Source of the DNA: Octopus vulgaris
Taxonomy: Eukaryota
Reading direction: 5' to 3'
Length of the DNA: 64,000 nt
NCBI GenBank assembly: GCA_951406725.2
Contig: OX597815.1
Span: 115,010,001-115,074,000 of the forward strand
Shown: positions 13,181 to 26,520 of the stretch, one piece after another
How the letters are laid out: every line of letters starts with the position of its first letter
Position numbering within the stretch: position 1 is the stretch's first letter
Program-made: the position numbers and the translations under genes
The notes under the pieces: model-generated
Databases searched by the model: none
Told to the model about the DNA's origin: nothing
What the model saw: only the letters and a program-made list of their open reading frames with translations

Positions 13181-14048
13181 AAACCAGCTGTCTTAAAAAA
13201 TGTTCAGTCGAGTTAGTAGTGAGTCCAAAAATGCTTCAAATCACAATTCTGTCTGACTAGAGCTAGTCTGGAGTTGAACAATAACAATAAGTGCAAATGA
13301 TTAGGACTTAATTTCATTAACCACAGAAGATTTCAAATTTTGGCACAAGGCCAGCAGCTTTGGGAGATTAAACTGACTCCAGTGATCAAATGGTACTTAT
13401 TTTATTGAACCTGAAAGAATAAAAGACAAAGTTGACTCTGGCAGAATTTGAACACAGAATGTAAAGATGGACGAAATGCTGCAAAGCTTTTCACCTGGCA
13501 TGCTAACCATTCTGCCAGCTCACTGCCTTAATCAACCACAAAAGGTTAAAAAGTAAAATCAACCTTTGGATAAAAGAAGGAAAAAAGAAAACACTATGAG
13601 ATATTTTACCAGTTCTGTATTTCCATCAGCTTTTAAATTTTTTCCTTTTTTTATTAACATTTGTATAGTGTCGAGCATTTCCTGGTAGAGCTCTAAGGGT
13701 TCTAAAGTAAAAATTATTAATCACTCATCAGAAAGAGGTTTTGAAACATTTATATTTGCATAGAAATATAAGAAAATCTTGTTACACTTGTTGCATAGCA
13801 TGTTTTTCTTGTCGTCATTGACTTCCAACAGTTCAAGTGGAAGTTAACAGCAGGAAGCTCACTGGTCTCAGAGGGCCAGCATAGACCATAAGCACAGCCT
13901 TTTCCTTCAAACCAAACCAATAAAAGATATAAATAAAAAAATAATAATGATAATAAAAAAAAATAAAAGCATCGCTTTCTTCTTACCAAGTGGACCTATA
14001 AGACAAAGTAGATTGAGCAAACCATTTCAGAAGTGTTTTGCTGATGTC

Positions 14049-15004
14049 TCTAGCATTCAGATTTCTCTGTCAAATGTAATGCTTATTTATTCAGATTGAT
14101 TTGACTTAGTCATGCCTTACCATGGAGCTGTGAGATTTCAATGGCATGATTGTTTAGAATCACATCAGAATAATATTGTAAGGTTAGTGTGTGAGGCTGG
14201 ATCTGGCCAGTTTGAAGATAAAACAGGTAGATTATTTTGGCTATGACACGTAAAAGCACCGTCCGCTCGTGGCCGTTTGCCAGCTCTGTCTGGCAACCGT
14301 GTCGGTGGCACATAAAAGCACCATCTGTTCGCGTCCGTTGCCAGCCTCGGCTGGCCCCCGTGCCGGTGACACGTAAAAGCACCATCCGTTCGTGGCCGTT
14401 TGCCAGCTCTGTCTGGCCCCGTGTCGGTGGCACGTAAAAGCACCATCCGTCCGTGTCCGTTGCCAGCCTCGGCTGGCCCCCGTGCCGGTGACACGTAAAA
14501 GCACCGTCCGCTCGTGGCCGTTTGCCAGCTCTGTCTGGCAACCGTGTCGGTGGCACGTAAAAGCACCATCCGTTCGCATCCGTTGCCAGCCTCGGCTGGC
14601 CCCCGTGCCGGTGACACGTAAAAGCACCGTCCGTTCGTGGCCGGTTGCCAGCTCTGTCTGGCCCCGTGTCGGTGGCACGTAAAGCACCATCCGTTCGTGT
14701 CCGTTGCCAGCATCGCCTGGCCCCGAGCCGGTGACACGTAAAAGCACCATCCGTTCGTGGCCGTTCACCAGCTCTGTCTGGCACCTGTGCAGGTGGCACG
14801 TAAAACACCCACTACACTCGCGGAGTGGTTGGCGTTAGGAAGGGCATCCAGCCGTAGAAACACTGCCAGATCTGACTGGGCCTGATGAAGCCTTCCAGCT
14901 TCACAGACCCCAGTTGACCCGTCCAACCCATGCTAGCATGGAAAACGGACGCTAAACGATGATGATGAGGATGATGATGGCTGGTTTAAATGCTAATGGG
15001 TTAA
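14049..15004. mobile_element. piggyBac-type MITE (reverse orientation) split by an RTE 3' piece
   Basis: 14049-14242 is the reverse complement of the MITE body. The remaining end atggctggtttaaatgctaatgggttaa lies at ~14977-15004. Confidence 0.75.
14243..14979 (+). mobile_element. Young RTE 3' UTR copy with expanded ~61-bp tandem array and (GAT)n tail
   Basis: About 9 units beginning gtg(a/g)cacgtaaaagcacc, followed by the family terminus catgctagcatggaaaacggacgctaaacgatgatg. Confidence 0.88.
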
Positions 15005-15334
15005 ATATAGTTTACACTCAAGAATATCTAACGTATAATTGACAGGTGCCATGATGCCTGTGAAGGCATTTCTTGCACCTATCTTCAACCAAAAATATAC
15101 ATTGTTTGTCTAGTAGCAACTAGCAATGGTTTTTAAAATTTTAATTTTGGCTTAAATCTTAAGAATAATTTTGTCTTTTAAGACAAACAGGCTCAAAATA
15201 ATATATAAAATATAAGTTATTTTAAATTCAGTAAGAAATATAAGCACTACTATACAATTTGGTTCTCATCAATTTTTTATTGAATACTTTCCTTCTTTTG
15301 GTGGATATAAAGCATTGACACAATCAAAATGAAA

Positions 15335-15900
15335 AACAACTCAGGATCAAAGCTTATTGACCCAGAACTACCACACCGATGTTATCAAAAATGGAATAGA
15401 TGCAAAATGCTGATTCTGCAATGATGTGATTGAAACAGTGAACTGCCTAATTTCTGGATATAAAGTTTAGCACCAGAGGAGTATAAATCAAGACATGACA
15501 AAGTTGGCCAACATCTACACTGGTTAATATGTTTACATTATAAAATCAAAACTGTTGACAAGTGGTATAATCAATGCCCTGTGGCTGTAACTGAGGGAGA
15601 AAATGTAACAATTCTTTGAGACTTTCCAGTACATACAGACAAAACTATCACAACTAATAAACCAGGTATTGTTTCCAAAGATTAAAACAATAAAGTTTGT
15701 TTATTGATTAACTTGAGTATTCCTTGTGATCATAATATCTTGGCAAAAGAATTTGACAAGCTCAGAAAATAAAAAGATTTGCTCATTGAAATCAAAAAAA
15801 TGTGGCATTTCAGGGCGGTTACAATACCAGTAAGTGTAGGAGCACTTGGAATGATAAAAAACGGAACTAAAAAGTATTTGAGAATGATCCCTGGCTTACC
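15335..15900 (+). mobile_element. R4/Dong-like non-LTR element relic (zinc knuckle + restriction-like endonuclease)
   Basis: KC*FCNDVIETV...EYKSRHDKVGQHLHW...DFPVHTDKTITTNKPGIV translated by hand. Confidence 0.7.
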
Positions 15901-16949
15901 ATCCATACAAGAAGTGCAAAAGATTATTTTAACTGGTACGTCACACATATTGATGTGAGAATGGCTTCTACCTATGTGTTTTATTATTACTAGTTTTTTC
16001 ACATAGCTTCATTTCATTTTGTAAATTAACAATTTGGTATATTTAGTTTAATGGCCTATCAGTGTATACAGTGAATTCCTTTGCCCTAGGTATTAAGAAG
16101 ACAATTGGCTAGGAATGGAAACAAAACTAAAAGAAGAAAAACTAGAACCCCAATGACAAGCAACAGAAATAATAAAAAAAACAAAACTACTCCACATGAA
16201 AACAGAACTACAAAACATACTAAAGAAGAAAAGGAGAGAAAAAAATCACTCCATGGCTAATATCCTGCAAGGCTTAACAGAGAAGATGTGAGTCTAAATG
16301 GAAGTCAACAATGTAATATAGTTTAAAATATCAAAGTTATATAATGGTGATGTTAAGGAGAAACATGTTCAATGTCTAAAATTTCTGAGCAGCACAGGAT
16401 TCACAGATTCTCACAAACATGAGAAGTAATATTTATCTTCATACTTCGTATATCCTCCTCAATGGGACAAAATGGGTGATTTCCTAACTTCTACAACAAA
16501 GAAATATACAAGCACTATGAAGTTGTTTTAAGAGTGTCTATTAAAATTAATGTAAGCATTTTAGCACATGGTAAAGACAATTAAATTATTGGCTAATGTA
16601 CATGGTTTTAGATTTGTTTAAATGAAACCTAAAGTTAAAAGATGGCATCAAATGTAAACTACAGACATGATAAAATACATAATTTCTTTGCAGTTGTAAT
16701 CAGTATTATTTTGTGACTTGGAGGCTTGGAAAGCATTGATTAAAATATCCATTACTGGATGTCATTCTATGAGTGAAAAACAGTCATAATTGTAAAATGA
16801 TTATTCAATTCAATTTCTCATCAATCAGAATCAAATAAAATTCTTTTGCCTAGTCACATTTCAAGATGCAAATTCAGCTGTGACTGCAATTAAATGCATT
16901 TTAGCTGTCTGGTCTTTGTGATACAAACCAAAGAATTTAATTGTTCTTG

Positions 16950-17950
16950 TGTCATTCTTGACCAGAGGCATGTCATTTATTGTTTTGTTAAAGAAAATGT
17001 TTAGTTAACTGTAGCAGATGTTGTAGGATGTGCTTGTGAAAGTTGGAAAATTGTATAAATATCTGATATTAGGTGTTTGCCATCAGCTGTTTATTCATTC
17101 AAGTGGTCTATAATGTCAGTCAGAAGCTGAGCAATCAAAGAATTAATGTCAATGTCAACATATCTTCCCTTTATCAGAAATTGATTTCTGAAGAGCTAGT
17201 TTCTTTGTTGATTGACTTTAAAAGCAATATCTCCAGCTTTGAATATACAATCTTAAAACATATTTATAACAGGTGCATCATATCAATGAAAATTCATGTT
17301 CTTCAATTTTATTTCAATTTTTCTAGAGGTCTTTTACTAATGTAGTAATACAGATTCTGAGACAGAATAATGTATCCCCATTTTCTGCAAAATATCATCA
17401 AGTATTGAATAGATCTTCATTCCTCATATTTTTCATGATGTCATTTAATAATTTCAGCTATTCCCAATTCACCTGTTTATAGCATTTTAGCTGCTTACAG
17501 TGACTTTGACAAATTGTCTATGTGCAAGACTAAAAGCTGATTAAAATTTTGCCTACAAGAGAAATTAACATCTTCATTTGAGTTTAGGATCTAATTATAT
17601 GGCTCTGAATATCAGCTTCCAATTGTGATTGTCCACTTCCTTGCCAGCACTTAAATAAAACTGTATAATTATCAAGAATTTATAGAAAACAAGCAGCAAG
17701 TACTGTTCTAGTTCCACACAAAGTTAGGATACTACTAAACATCAATTTGCTTTCAGATTCATCTGTTTTATTACACCTTACCATGTAAATTCTCCATCTT
17801 GAATGTATACTTGATTAGAGTAACAACTCCCCTCATGAGAGATATTGTAGCTTCCTTTATAATCACATTTAAGGAATATGCTTGACAATGTGGCATTGTT
17901 AAAACTTTCAGTTGAAGTTCTTCCAAAAGCTTGACAACTCTAGATTTGCT
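16950..17950 (-). mobile_element. Heavily degraded hAT transposase relic
   Basis: LTLCGTRT (~17715) and HPTTSATVN*TFSL (~17010) resemble the hAT LCxTRW and dimerisation PxTSxxxERxFS motifs. Confidence 0.45.
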
Positions 17951-17974
17951 CTGTTAAAGTATCATCTTTTACAG

Positions 17975-18372
17975 TTACTCTCTTTTACTTGTTTTAGTCA
18001 ATTGACTGCGGCTATGCTGGAGCACTGCCTTTAGTCAAGCAAAAGCAAATTGACCCCAGGACTTATTCTTTGTAAGCCTAGTACTTATTCTAATACTTAT
18101 TCTATCTTTTGCCAAACCGCTAAGTTATGGGGACGTAAACACATCAGCATCGGTTGTCAAGCTATGTTGGTGGGGACAAACACAGACACACAAACACACA
18201 CACATATATACATATATACGACGGGCTTCTTTCAGTTTCCATCTACGAAATCCACTCACAAGGCTTTGGTTGGCCCGAGGCTATAGTAGAAGACACTTGC
18301 CCAAGGTGCCACGCAGTGGGACTGAACCCGGAACCATGTGGTTGGTAAGCAAGCTACTTACCTCACAGCCAG
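17975..18372 (-). mobile_element. tRNA-derived SINE (family C) with central TA/CA microsatellite, intact copy
   Basis: Head ...ccgggttcagtccc..., body gccttgtgagtggattt.gtaga.ggaaactgaaagaagccc, tail gactaaaacaagtaaaagag. Many partial copies: 11585-11765, 21160-21325, 24985-25145, 28420-28578, 54580-54735. Confidence 0.85.
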
Positions 18373-19347
18373 AGCATGTCTATGACAGTTGAAAATATTG
18401 TTGAAGATTTTATGTACAGCAAGCAAAAAATTCTAGAAATTCCTCACTGACCACAAAAAATAGCTGTTGATCCAATGAACTAAGTTCTCCTTTGTTGAAT
18501 GCATATATTTATCAATAATAATTGAAAAAGAGTTTGTTGTCTGTTGCTTGCTATACCTAAAATTATTTAATAACCTTATTAAAAAACATAGTGTTTGAAA
18601 CAAGAAATTTTTCCCAGCAGATATTTTACTTAATTACATTAACCAGCCAAATTAAAGACCATAACCTTTTCAGACTAAACAAGTATTTTTTAGTAATATA
18701 TTTCATTAAATCTCAGCTTAGTAAATCAACTCAACAATTTTTATTATAATGATTATTATAACTTATTCAAATCATTTAAAACACAAAGGCAATGTATCTC
18801 AGCTGAATTCCTCAACTTTCTACCCAGGCCTGAATATTTACAAGTTTTATTTGTAGCTACATTTGAGATATCAGCAGTAATGAGTAGTCTTATAATGGGC
18901 TATTTTCAGAACTTATATACATGTTTAAACAATGTGGCTTATAACAAATTGGATGACTCAGGTTAAGATCATGGTATTGTCACTAACCTTTTCAGAAAAC
19001 GTCTCAATCCATTGACTATGAACAACTTTTACAGGCTTACTGGAACCTCTATATCTTTACCCCCTCCTCTCATCTAACTTAATGCAATTATACCAATAGT
19101 CATCATTTAATGTCTACTTTTCCATGCTTGCATGAGTCAGATGAAATTTATTGAGGTAGATTTTCTATGGCTGGATGCCCTTCCTGTCACCAATCTATAC
19201 CTGTTTCCAAATAAGGTAATATTTCCCCATGGCCAGGCATACTTTCATGGGATACTAGAAATACTACTTGCCTTGTTTATACCTATCATTAAATGTCAAG
19301 GCAATGAGACAATAATGTATGCACACACACACACGTGTGTGTGTATA

Positions 19348-21136
19348 CATTAGTGGTCAAAATTAGAGAACATAAATAAAAAGTAAAAATATTTACATTT
19401 CTACTTCATTTTTCTGAATGGGATTTTTACTGAATATATTTTAAAATATGTTCCTTATTTACTATAAATTTTGTAGGAAATGATCAATAACTAAATAATA
19501 TAAAAAATGTTTATTTTAAAAATACAAGATGGACAGAATGTATGACATAAAATTCAAGAAATCAAAATTTTGCCACAAATTTTTACAGTCCACAATAAAT
19601 TGATAAGATGTGTACAATCCTTTATTTTTAATGACTTCAGCACATCTCTGTCAACAGGATTTGCCCAATTTCTCACATTGTTCTGACATAATTTTATTTC
19701 ATCCTTCCTGAAGTTTTTCCCACTAAATTGTAACACCCACAGGTCAGTGCTCTCTGATCTTATCACCAAGTATCTTTCACAAGTTTTCAATGGGATTAAG
19801 GCCAGGCTCTGAGCTGACCAATGCATCACAGTAAGGTTTTCAGTTTCAAACACTCCCTTAACTATTTTAGCATTGTGACATGGTGCATTATCTTGCATAA
19901 AGATGGGCTGATGAGTTGGAGATGACCCCAGAGCTGACACAACATGCTGCAGAACAATGTTTTTGTATATGGCTGCATTGACATTACCATGGATCTGGAT
20001 CAAAAGCCTAACACCTGCTGCAGAAATCATTCCCTATACCATTAAACCTTTAGTGTTTAAACCGGCCTAAATAGTCTACATGTCTTATATTCAAATGGGC
20101 TATATCTAGCCTCTCACACTTAACTTACATTGACACTTTAAAAATAAACAATCACATCATTGAAACCTCAAAACTGTAAGATAATACATGATTAATTAAA
20201 AACAATTTGAGTGAAAAAGTATTACATTTAACAGAGTAATCTGAACACTAAAGGGTTAAACCTCCACCGATTTCTTCATGCATTTAGGGAGCAATCTTTC
20301 ACTTTTATGATGTCTCAAGTATTGGCTACCATCGGAGACAACTAAATTGAACTTACTTTCAACACTGAAGAACACGCACAACCAGTTGTCATCCATCCAA
20401 AGTATGGGCTCATTGGCAAAGACTAACCTCACTTTTTGGCTCTTCATACTGATGAACAGTTTAGTGGCAAGGTAATGGGCTTGAAGTCTGACTTCCTTCA
20501 AATGACAAGCCACAGTCTTCTGAGACACATTCATTCCATAATCACGATTTACTTAGCAAAAAATTCCTGCAGTGGTATTGAAATGGTCTCTTAACAACAG
20601 CCTCTGAATCACACAGTTTTGCTGAACACTTGTGTTCCGTGGTCTCCCTCGTTTTGTCTAACATAGTAAATGAACTTGTTTCTTCGTGAAGCTTCAGTAT
20701 TCTTGAAAGAACAACCTTTGATCTGTTAATGTCTCTAATGATAGCAGAAATTGCCATTCCTTCTTTTTTCATTGTGACTACTTGCTTCCTGAGGCTTTCA
20801 TCAACTTTACATTGGCTTTCCATAGTTGTTAATTCACTACTTTTCAATATAAATTTTTGCATTATTAGTTCAACTTAGTTTACATTGGTCAGAGTGTTGC
20901 CAGATTTTACTCTTTGAATTTTAGACCAGATGTTTTCTAATTTTGTCCATCTTGTATTTTTCAAATAAACAGTTTCTCTATTATAAATCATTTAGTTATT
21001 AAACACTTCCTACAAAATTCATTGCAAATAATGAACATACTTTAAAGTATATGCAATAAAATCCCATTCGTGAAAAGGAAGTAAAATTTGAATATCTTTA
21101 AATTTTATTTCCATTCACTAATTTTGGCCCCTACTG
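19348..21136 (-). mobile_element. Tc1-family DNA transposon, complete ends, decayed transposase
   Basis: ~200-bp imperfect TIRs flanked by TA. HTH region (20542..20862), VFFSVESKFNL, IFMQDNAPCH motifs. Confidence 0.9.
20042..20259. mobile_element. piggyBac-type MITE inserted in the Tc1 transposase
   Basis: TTAA at both ends. Removing it restores GGGLMV*GMISAAG. Confidence 0.85.
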
Positions 21137-21323
21137 TATATACATGTGTGTGTGTGTTTGTATGACAAACTTCTTTCAGTTTCCTACTATGAAATCCATT
21201 CACAAAGCTTTGGTCAATCTGGGGCTACAGTAGAAGACACTTACGCAAGGTACTGCTCAGTGGGTCTGGACCCAGAACCATGTGATTGGAAGGCAAACTT
21301 TTTACCACTCTGTCACACTTGTG

Positions 21324-21361
<38 letters not shown>

Positions 21362-21749
21362 TCTGTGTGTGTGTGTGTTTCTCCTGATATTAGTATTATT
21401 CTGTTCAATTTATATAAAAAAATGAATGTAATTAATAATATAAATAAAAATATGATCATTTACATGACTGAATCAAAAGTTTAAAGCAAAAGAGGAGAGA
21501 CTCATTATTTTACATGTCTTTACGACATAATCACCTTCCTTTTCTTTTATGTTTTTTGTTTTTCATCTATCTACTAATTGCATAAAATGTATAAACAATG
21601 ACTAAGTTCAGGTCTTCAGGCTTCTGTTATAACTGTGTCTTGTGGTTCACCACCATTATCCAGCTGATTTGAGGCGGAAATAGGAACCAAATTTTATTTG
21701 CACCTTATTTACTGCACACACAAAATTATTAATGATAAATTTAAATCAA

Positions 21750-22034
21750 ATGGAAATGGAAATTGTAGTTGTAACACCCGTGCCAGTGACATATAAAAAG
21801 CACCAATCGAATGTGGCCGTTGCCAGCTTCCTCTGGACCCTGTGGCGGTGGCACATAAAAAGCACCCACTACACTTACAGAGTGGTTGGCGTTAGGAAGG
21901 GCATCCAGCTGTAGAAACACTGCCAGATCAGACTGGAGCCTGGTGGAGCCTCCTGACTTCCCAAACCCCAGTCGAACCGTCCAATCCATGCTAGCATGGA
22001 AAACAGATGTTAAACAATGATGATGATGATGATG
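21750..22034 (+). mobile_element. RTE-family 3' end fragment with (GAT)n tail
   Basis: gtggttggcgttaggaagggcatccagctgtagaaac...catgctagcatggaaa. Confidence 0.82.
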
Positions 22035-22059
22035 AAATTTATTCATAATAAACAGATGT

Positions 22060-22287
22060 TTAATCCTTTAGCATTCAAACCGGCCATATCCAGCCAAAAT
22101 ATTTAACCTGTTTTATATTGAAACTGACCAGATCTTGCCTCTCACCTCAGCCCTACCATGTCATTCTAAAACTAAAAAATCACATCACTGAAATCTCTAA
22201 ACTACAAGATAATACAAGATTAATTCAAACCATTTTAAATAAACAAACATCACATTTGACAGAATAATCTGAACACTAAAGGGTTAA
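22060..22287. mobile_element. piggyBac-type MITE, intact
   Basis: ttaatcctttagcatt...aacactaaagggttaa. Further copies at 32692-32912 and 58589-58741. Confidence 0.82.
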
Positions 22288-22515
22288 AACACTATAAATA
22301 CAGCTAGAAAGGATAAATCATCTGAGTCATTTACAGATTATGTCTCCTATTTCATGGTATTGTACTATTCATTAACTGTTTACTTGGCCTGTGTAGCACA
22401 TATAGTACACAGAACATATTCCTTAGTGTCCATGCATCATATACAATACATGTTCCCAATTATTTTCAGCTATCAGAGTAACTTGGGACATTTGAAAGGA
22501 AAGCTTTATATTACT

Positions 22516-22815
22516 TGTTGTTGTTTGTTCGTTTTCGAGCCACACCTGGCTCATAGGGCTAGTTTCCCAGTTTCCTTGGCATATAGGTTCCTCACCTGGA
22601 CGGGACGCCAGTCCATCGCAGGTGAGCTGCAAGATGCAGAAGGAAAGAGTGAGAGAAAGTTGTGGTGAAAGAGTCAGCAGAAGTTCGCCATTACCTTTTG
22701 CTGGAGCCGCATGGAGCTTAGGGGTTTCGCTCGTAAACACACACATCGCCTGGTCTGAGATTCGAACCTGCGATTCCTCAACCGCTGCTCTAACCACTAG
22801 GCCATGTGCCTCCAC
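22516..22815 (-). mobile_element. tRNA-derived SINE (family A)
   Basis: tggcctagtggttag A box and ggttcgaatc B box; homologous to 8477-8753. Confidence 0.82.
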
Positions 22816-23434
22816 TTATATTACTTAGAATGTATGAAAACAAGGGCTAACTAAAAGTTTGAAAATAAGAATGGACAATTAGGACAGCCATGAACAGTTA
22901 AAATTGCAGAGTGGATTAGCATAATTTAATAATGCTGTCTGTACGGGAGGTGTTCGATAGTAGTAGTGACTAGAAAAATGGATGATGCTCAGTTTCATCA
23001 GAAACATTACTTTAGAGTATCAAATCAAACATCAAGCAACAGCTCTACAAGACATGGATAATCTGATGCTATCAGCCCATTGATTAGCAGATGGGAAGGA
23101 TGTTTAAGAGTTTTAGTACAATTGATGCCAACTGAGCCTTTTTATTTGCAGGTTGTGTGTCTGCCAGCATTATTCAGATAATGTGCATCTTGTAATGACC
23201 CATCCTCATAAAAAGAATGCACTACTTAGTCTTAATTATTTATCAAGTAATTTCTCAGATAAAGTAATTTGCATGCATCATATTCACCACAATGGTTGGA
23301 AACAGTCATTAGCAGGTTATCATCAAATATTCCAATCAATGGACTGTAATCATTTAATGCAGACTCAATTGTTTGCACAGATAGATAATTCTGCTGCACC
23401 ATGATGTCTGATAGTATTCAGAGAAAATGTCTCA

Positions 23435-23653
23435 TTCTTATTTCTTTATTGCCCACAAGGGGACAAACAAGGACAGACAAAGGGATTAAGTCGATTACAT
23501 TGACCCCAGTGTGTAACTGGTACTTAATTTATTGACCCTGAAAGGATGAAAGGCAAAGTCGACCTTGGTGGAATTTGAACTCAGAACGTAACGGCAGACG
23601 AAATACCACTAAGCATTTCACCCGGCGTGCTAACGTTTCTGCCAGCTCGCCGC
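23435..23653 (-). mobile_element. SINE family B
   Basis: Closely similar to 12944-13180. Confidence 0.82.
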
Positions 23654-25798
23654 TCAATCATACAACACACCATACCTTCAATACCACTCCAATTTCTCTA
23701 AATATTATTAAGAGTATGCCTAACATAGACTATGAGCTCACTCTTTTGAGATATTATTCCTGCTGCTATGAATTCAGAAGTATCAACAATTAGAGTTGTT
23801 TTACGATCTGTAGAGTACATTACCAAAACAGAGTATATTGTAAGTTCTTTTGTCTTTTTAAAGACTTTTTCTTGAGCTCCTCAAATGTATACATACCATT
23901 TCAGAGCAAGAAGAGGCTCAACGATGTTCATAAATTTTGGCGTAAAGTGGTAGCAATACCTAGTTTACCCCCAACTATTTCTCAAATACTTATTTTGATA
24001 AAGGAACACTAATCTGTTGGTTCTTGTCTATTAAATTATATGATGGCTCGAAACATTCCCTTGAAATATTCATTCCTAGGAAATCTGTTAAGGATGCATG
24101 ATTAATGCATTTATTTGGATATATTGATACACTGGCTCCTTTCTGTCTAGCAATAACTGCATGTTATTGATTCTTCAGTTAACTTTGGGTTGCTGCAAAG
24201 ATGATTATGCAATCCTGATAGATAATTAATTCCCTCCAATACAGACTTCATATAATGTTGGAAAATGGAACTGTTATTTTTCAGACCTTTCTCAAATCTA
24301 TTGACTAACTAAAGACCATTATTTGTATCTATCACACACAATATTTTATCACTCCTCATCCAAACTAATCTGCTAGTGTGCACTCATTAAATCAATTGAA
24401 GGGAAAAAGACTTTGCACTTATGCATACCAGTGAACATTGTTCCAAAATGAGTTTTGACCAGCAGAATTTGATGAAGTAATGGTGCTGGTACCATGTTAA
24501 AAGTACTCAGTACATCCTGTAAAGTGGTCAGTATTAGGAAGAGCATCTAGCAGTAGAAGCCATGCCAAAGCTGACAGTAGAACTGTCAAATCAATCAAAT
24601 CTGTGTCAGCAAAGAAAACACACTAAATGATGATGATGATGACACAATTCACTAGAATTAAAGCAATTTCTTCCAATATGCAGGATAGGAACTAGAAGGA
24701 TATGGTGATCAACAACAGCTGCAATTTTGACTTGGCTTTGCTCAGTTACTTGTTGCTTACTAACTAAACTTGCCTTGATGAGAGTTCTTACTAATAGAAT
24801 GAAATATTTCTGCATTAAGACTTGGCTGTCTTATTGACCCAAAAGTAAATGATCATTCTGAATACACTATTAGAAAAAACTAACCAGGTCTGGGATGGAC
24901 ACTTTAAGGGAAGCTCTTAGATTATTCAAAAATCTTTCATTTTGCTTGAAAACTATTAATTCCATTACTAAAAATCAGGTTTGTAAGTTTCAGTTTTCAT
25001 ATAACAAATCCACTCAAAAGGCTTTGGTGTCAGACCCAGGACTATAGTAGGAGATATTTGCCCAAGGTGCCATACTGTGGGGCTGAACCTGAAGTAATGT
25101 GCTAGGGAAGCAAGCTGCTTACTAGACAGCCATTCCTGCACCTACAGATGTTTTTAAATGTATGCATGTGTGTACCATACATGTTACCAGACTACTGGTA
25201 ACATGTAATCTGGTACAATCTGTAGCATGGTTAGGTCAACAGTGACTAAAATGTCTGGTAAGGATTACTACAAATCTAGCAGAACAAAAACAACGAAAAA
25301 AGATTACATAGCAAGTGCACAGGGATATAGAAATACTTTTGATAGTGAATGAGTGTGTCACAAGACAACCTGGGAATGATGGACCCTTAGTTTTTATTAG
25401 AGCATCTACTTGGGAGAAGGATAACCTGAGAACAGCTGGGATTAGGATCCTCCCAGCCAATGCTGGACTAATGAGAAGAAAGCTGTTCATCTGAAAACTG
25501 AATGCAATTCTGAGCTTGCTTCATTCTCTACAATTAATTTCACACAGAGGGACTTCTTATCAAACACTCTAAGGTGAATAGTAATGCAGCAAAAGGGAGT
25601 ACTGGAACATACAGGCTTGACCAGTTGGAAGTAAGGAGTTGAAAAACTGCACATCAATGGCTTAGAGTACTGGATGCAATTTTTCCAAACAATGGCAATG
25701 GAGAAATTCACCAGCACTTCAAGTGACTGAGCAGCCCTTTCTAGATAGAAAACTGTTCACATATTAATCAGGAAGGACCTAGAAAAGATGGTCTAAAG

Positions 25799-26104
25799 CA
25801 GAGGTTCTCAACCATTTTTTCTTTCTATGGACCCCTTTCATTTCTATTTCACTTGGGTAGACACTCGTAACCATTTAATGTTTAGAAAAATTCTATTATA
25901 TTTTCATAATTAAATATTATTAGGAGTTGTATTTTTTTTTCCTGTAGTTTCAGCTCAGAGCTGCGGCCATGCTGATGCACTGCCGTATATTTAAAAATAA
26001 TTAAATTATTTTGGGTATTTAAGAAGTATAACCAATGTTCTGCACATAAATTTTAACAACAAAATCTTGAATGAAGCCCCAAGGACCCTTGTTGAGAACC
26101 ACTG
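25799..26104. mobile_element. hAT (Charlie-like) MITE
   Basis: TIR cagaggttctcaac / gttgagaaccactg, with 8-bp TSD-like flanks gtctaaag / atctaaac. Confidence 0.75.
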
Positions 26105-26477
26105 ATCTAAACAAAGTTTGTCTAATTCTGGAACTAGTCATGGTTGTGGTCATCCCTCTGTTTGTGGGCTTCTAAAATTTACAGCATATCAAGAAGTGGA
26201 TGTATTCAGACACATGTCAACTTCCACCATATATCTTTTACCTTTTATTTGCTTCAGTCATTTGACTGTGGCCATGCAGGGGCACACCTTAAAAAGTTTT
26301 AATCAAATGAATTGACCACAGTACTTATTTCTTTTTAAGCCTGGTACTTATTGTATTGGTCTCTCTTGCCAAACCACTAAGTTACAGATATGTAAACACG
26401 CCAACAATAATTGTCAAGATACAATGACACAACAAATATATACATACATATAAACACACACACATATATATATAAAC

Positions 26478-26516
<39 letters not shown>

Positions 26517-26520
<4 letters not shown>

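Noticed and set aside
14243-14812. CRISPR-like appearance and long ORFs (232, 190, 175 aa)
   Set aside because: The intervening segments are themselves repeated rather than unique spacers, there are no cas genes, and the DNA is eukaryotic. The ORFs are by-products of a GC-rich tandem array.
14882-14890. CTGATGA as a hammerhead core in the RTE tail
   Set aside because: No stem II or GAAA follows, and other copies read ctggtgca.
16445-16490. Possible upstream FAM228 exon (and ATG exon near 17790)
   Set aside because: Phases are incompatible or produce stops with the best splice sites, and there is no recognisable homology.
22740-22815. tRNA-like sequence with A and B boxes (also ~8680-8753, 34372-34440)
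   Set aside because: These are SINE heads continuing into SINE bodies; no complete cloverleaf was established.
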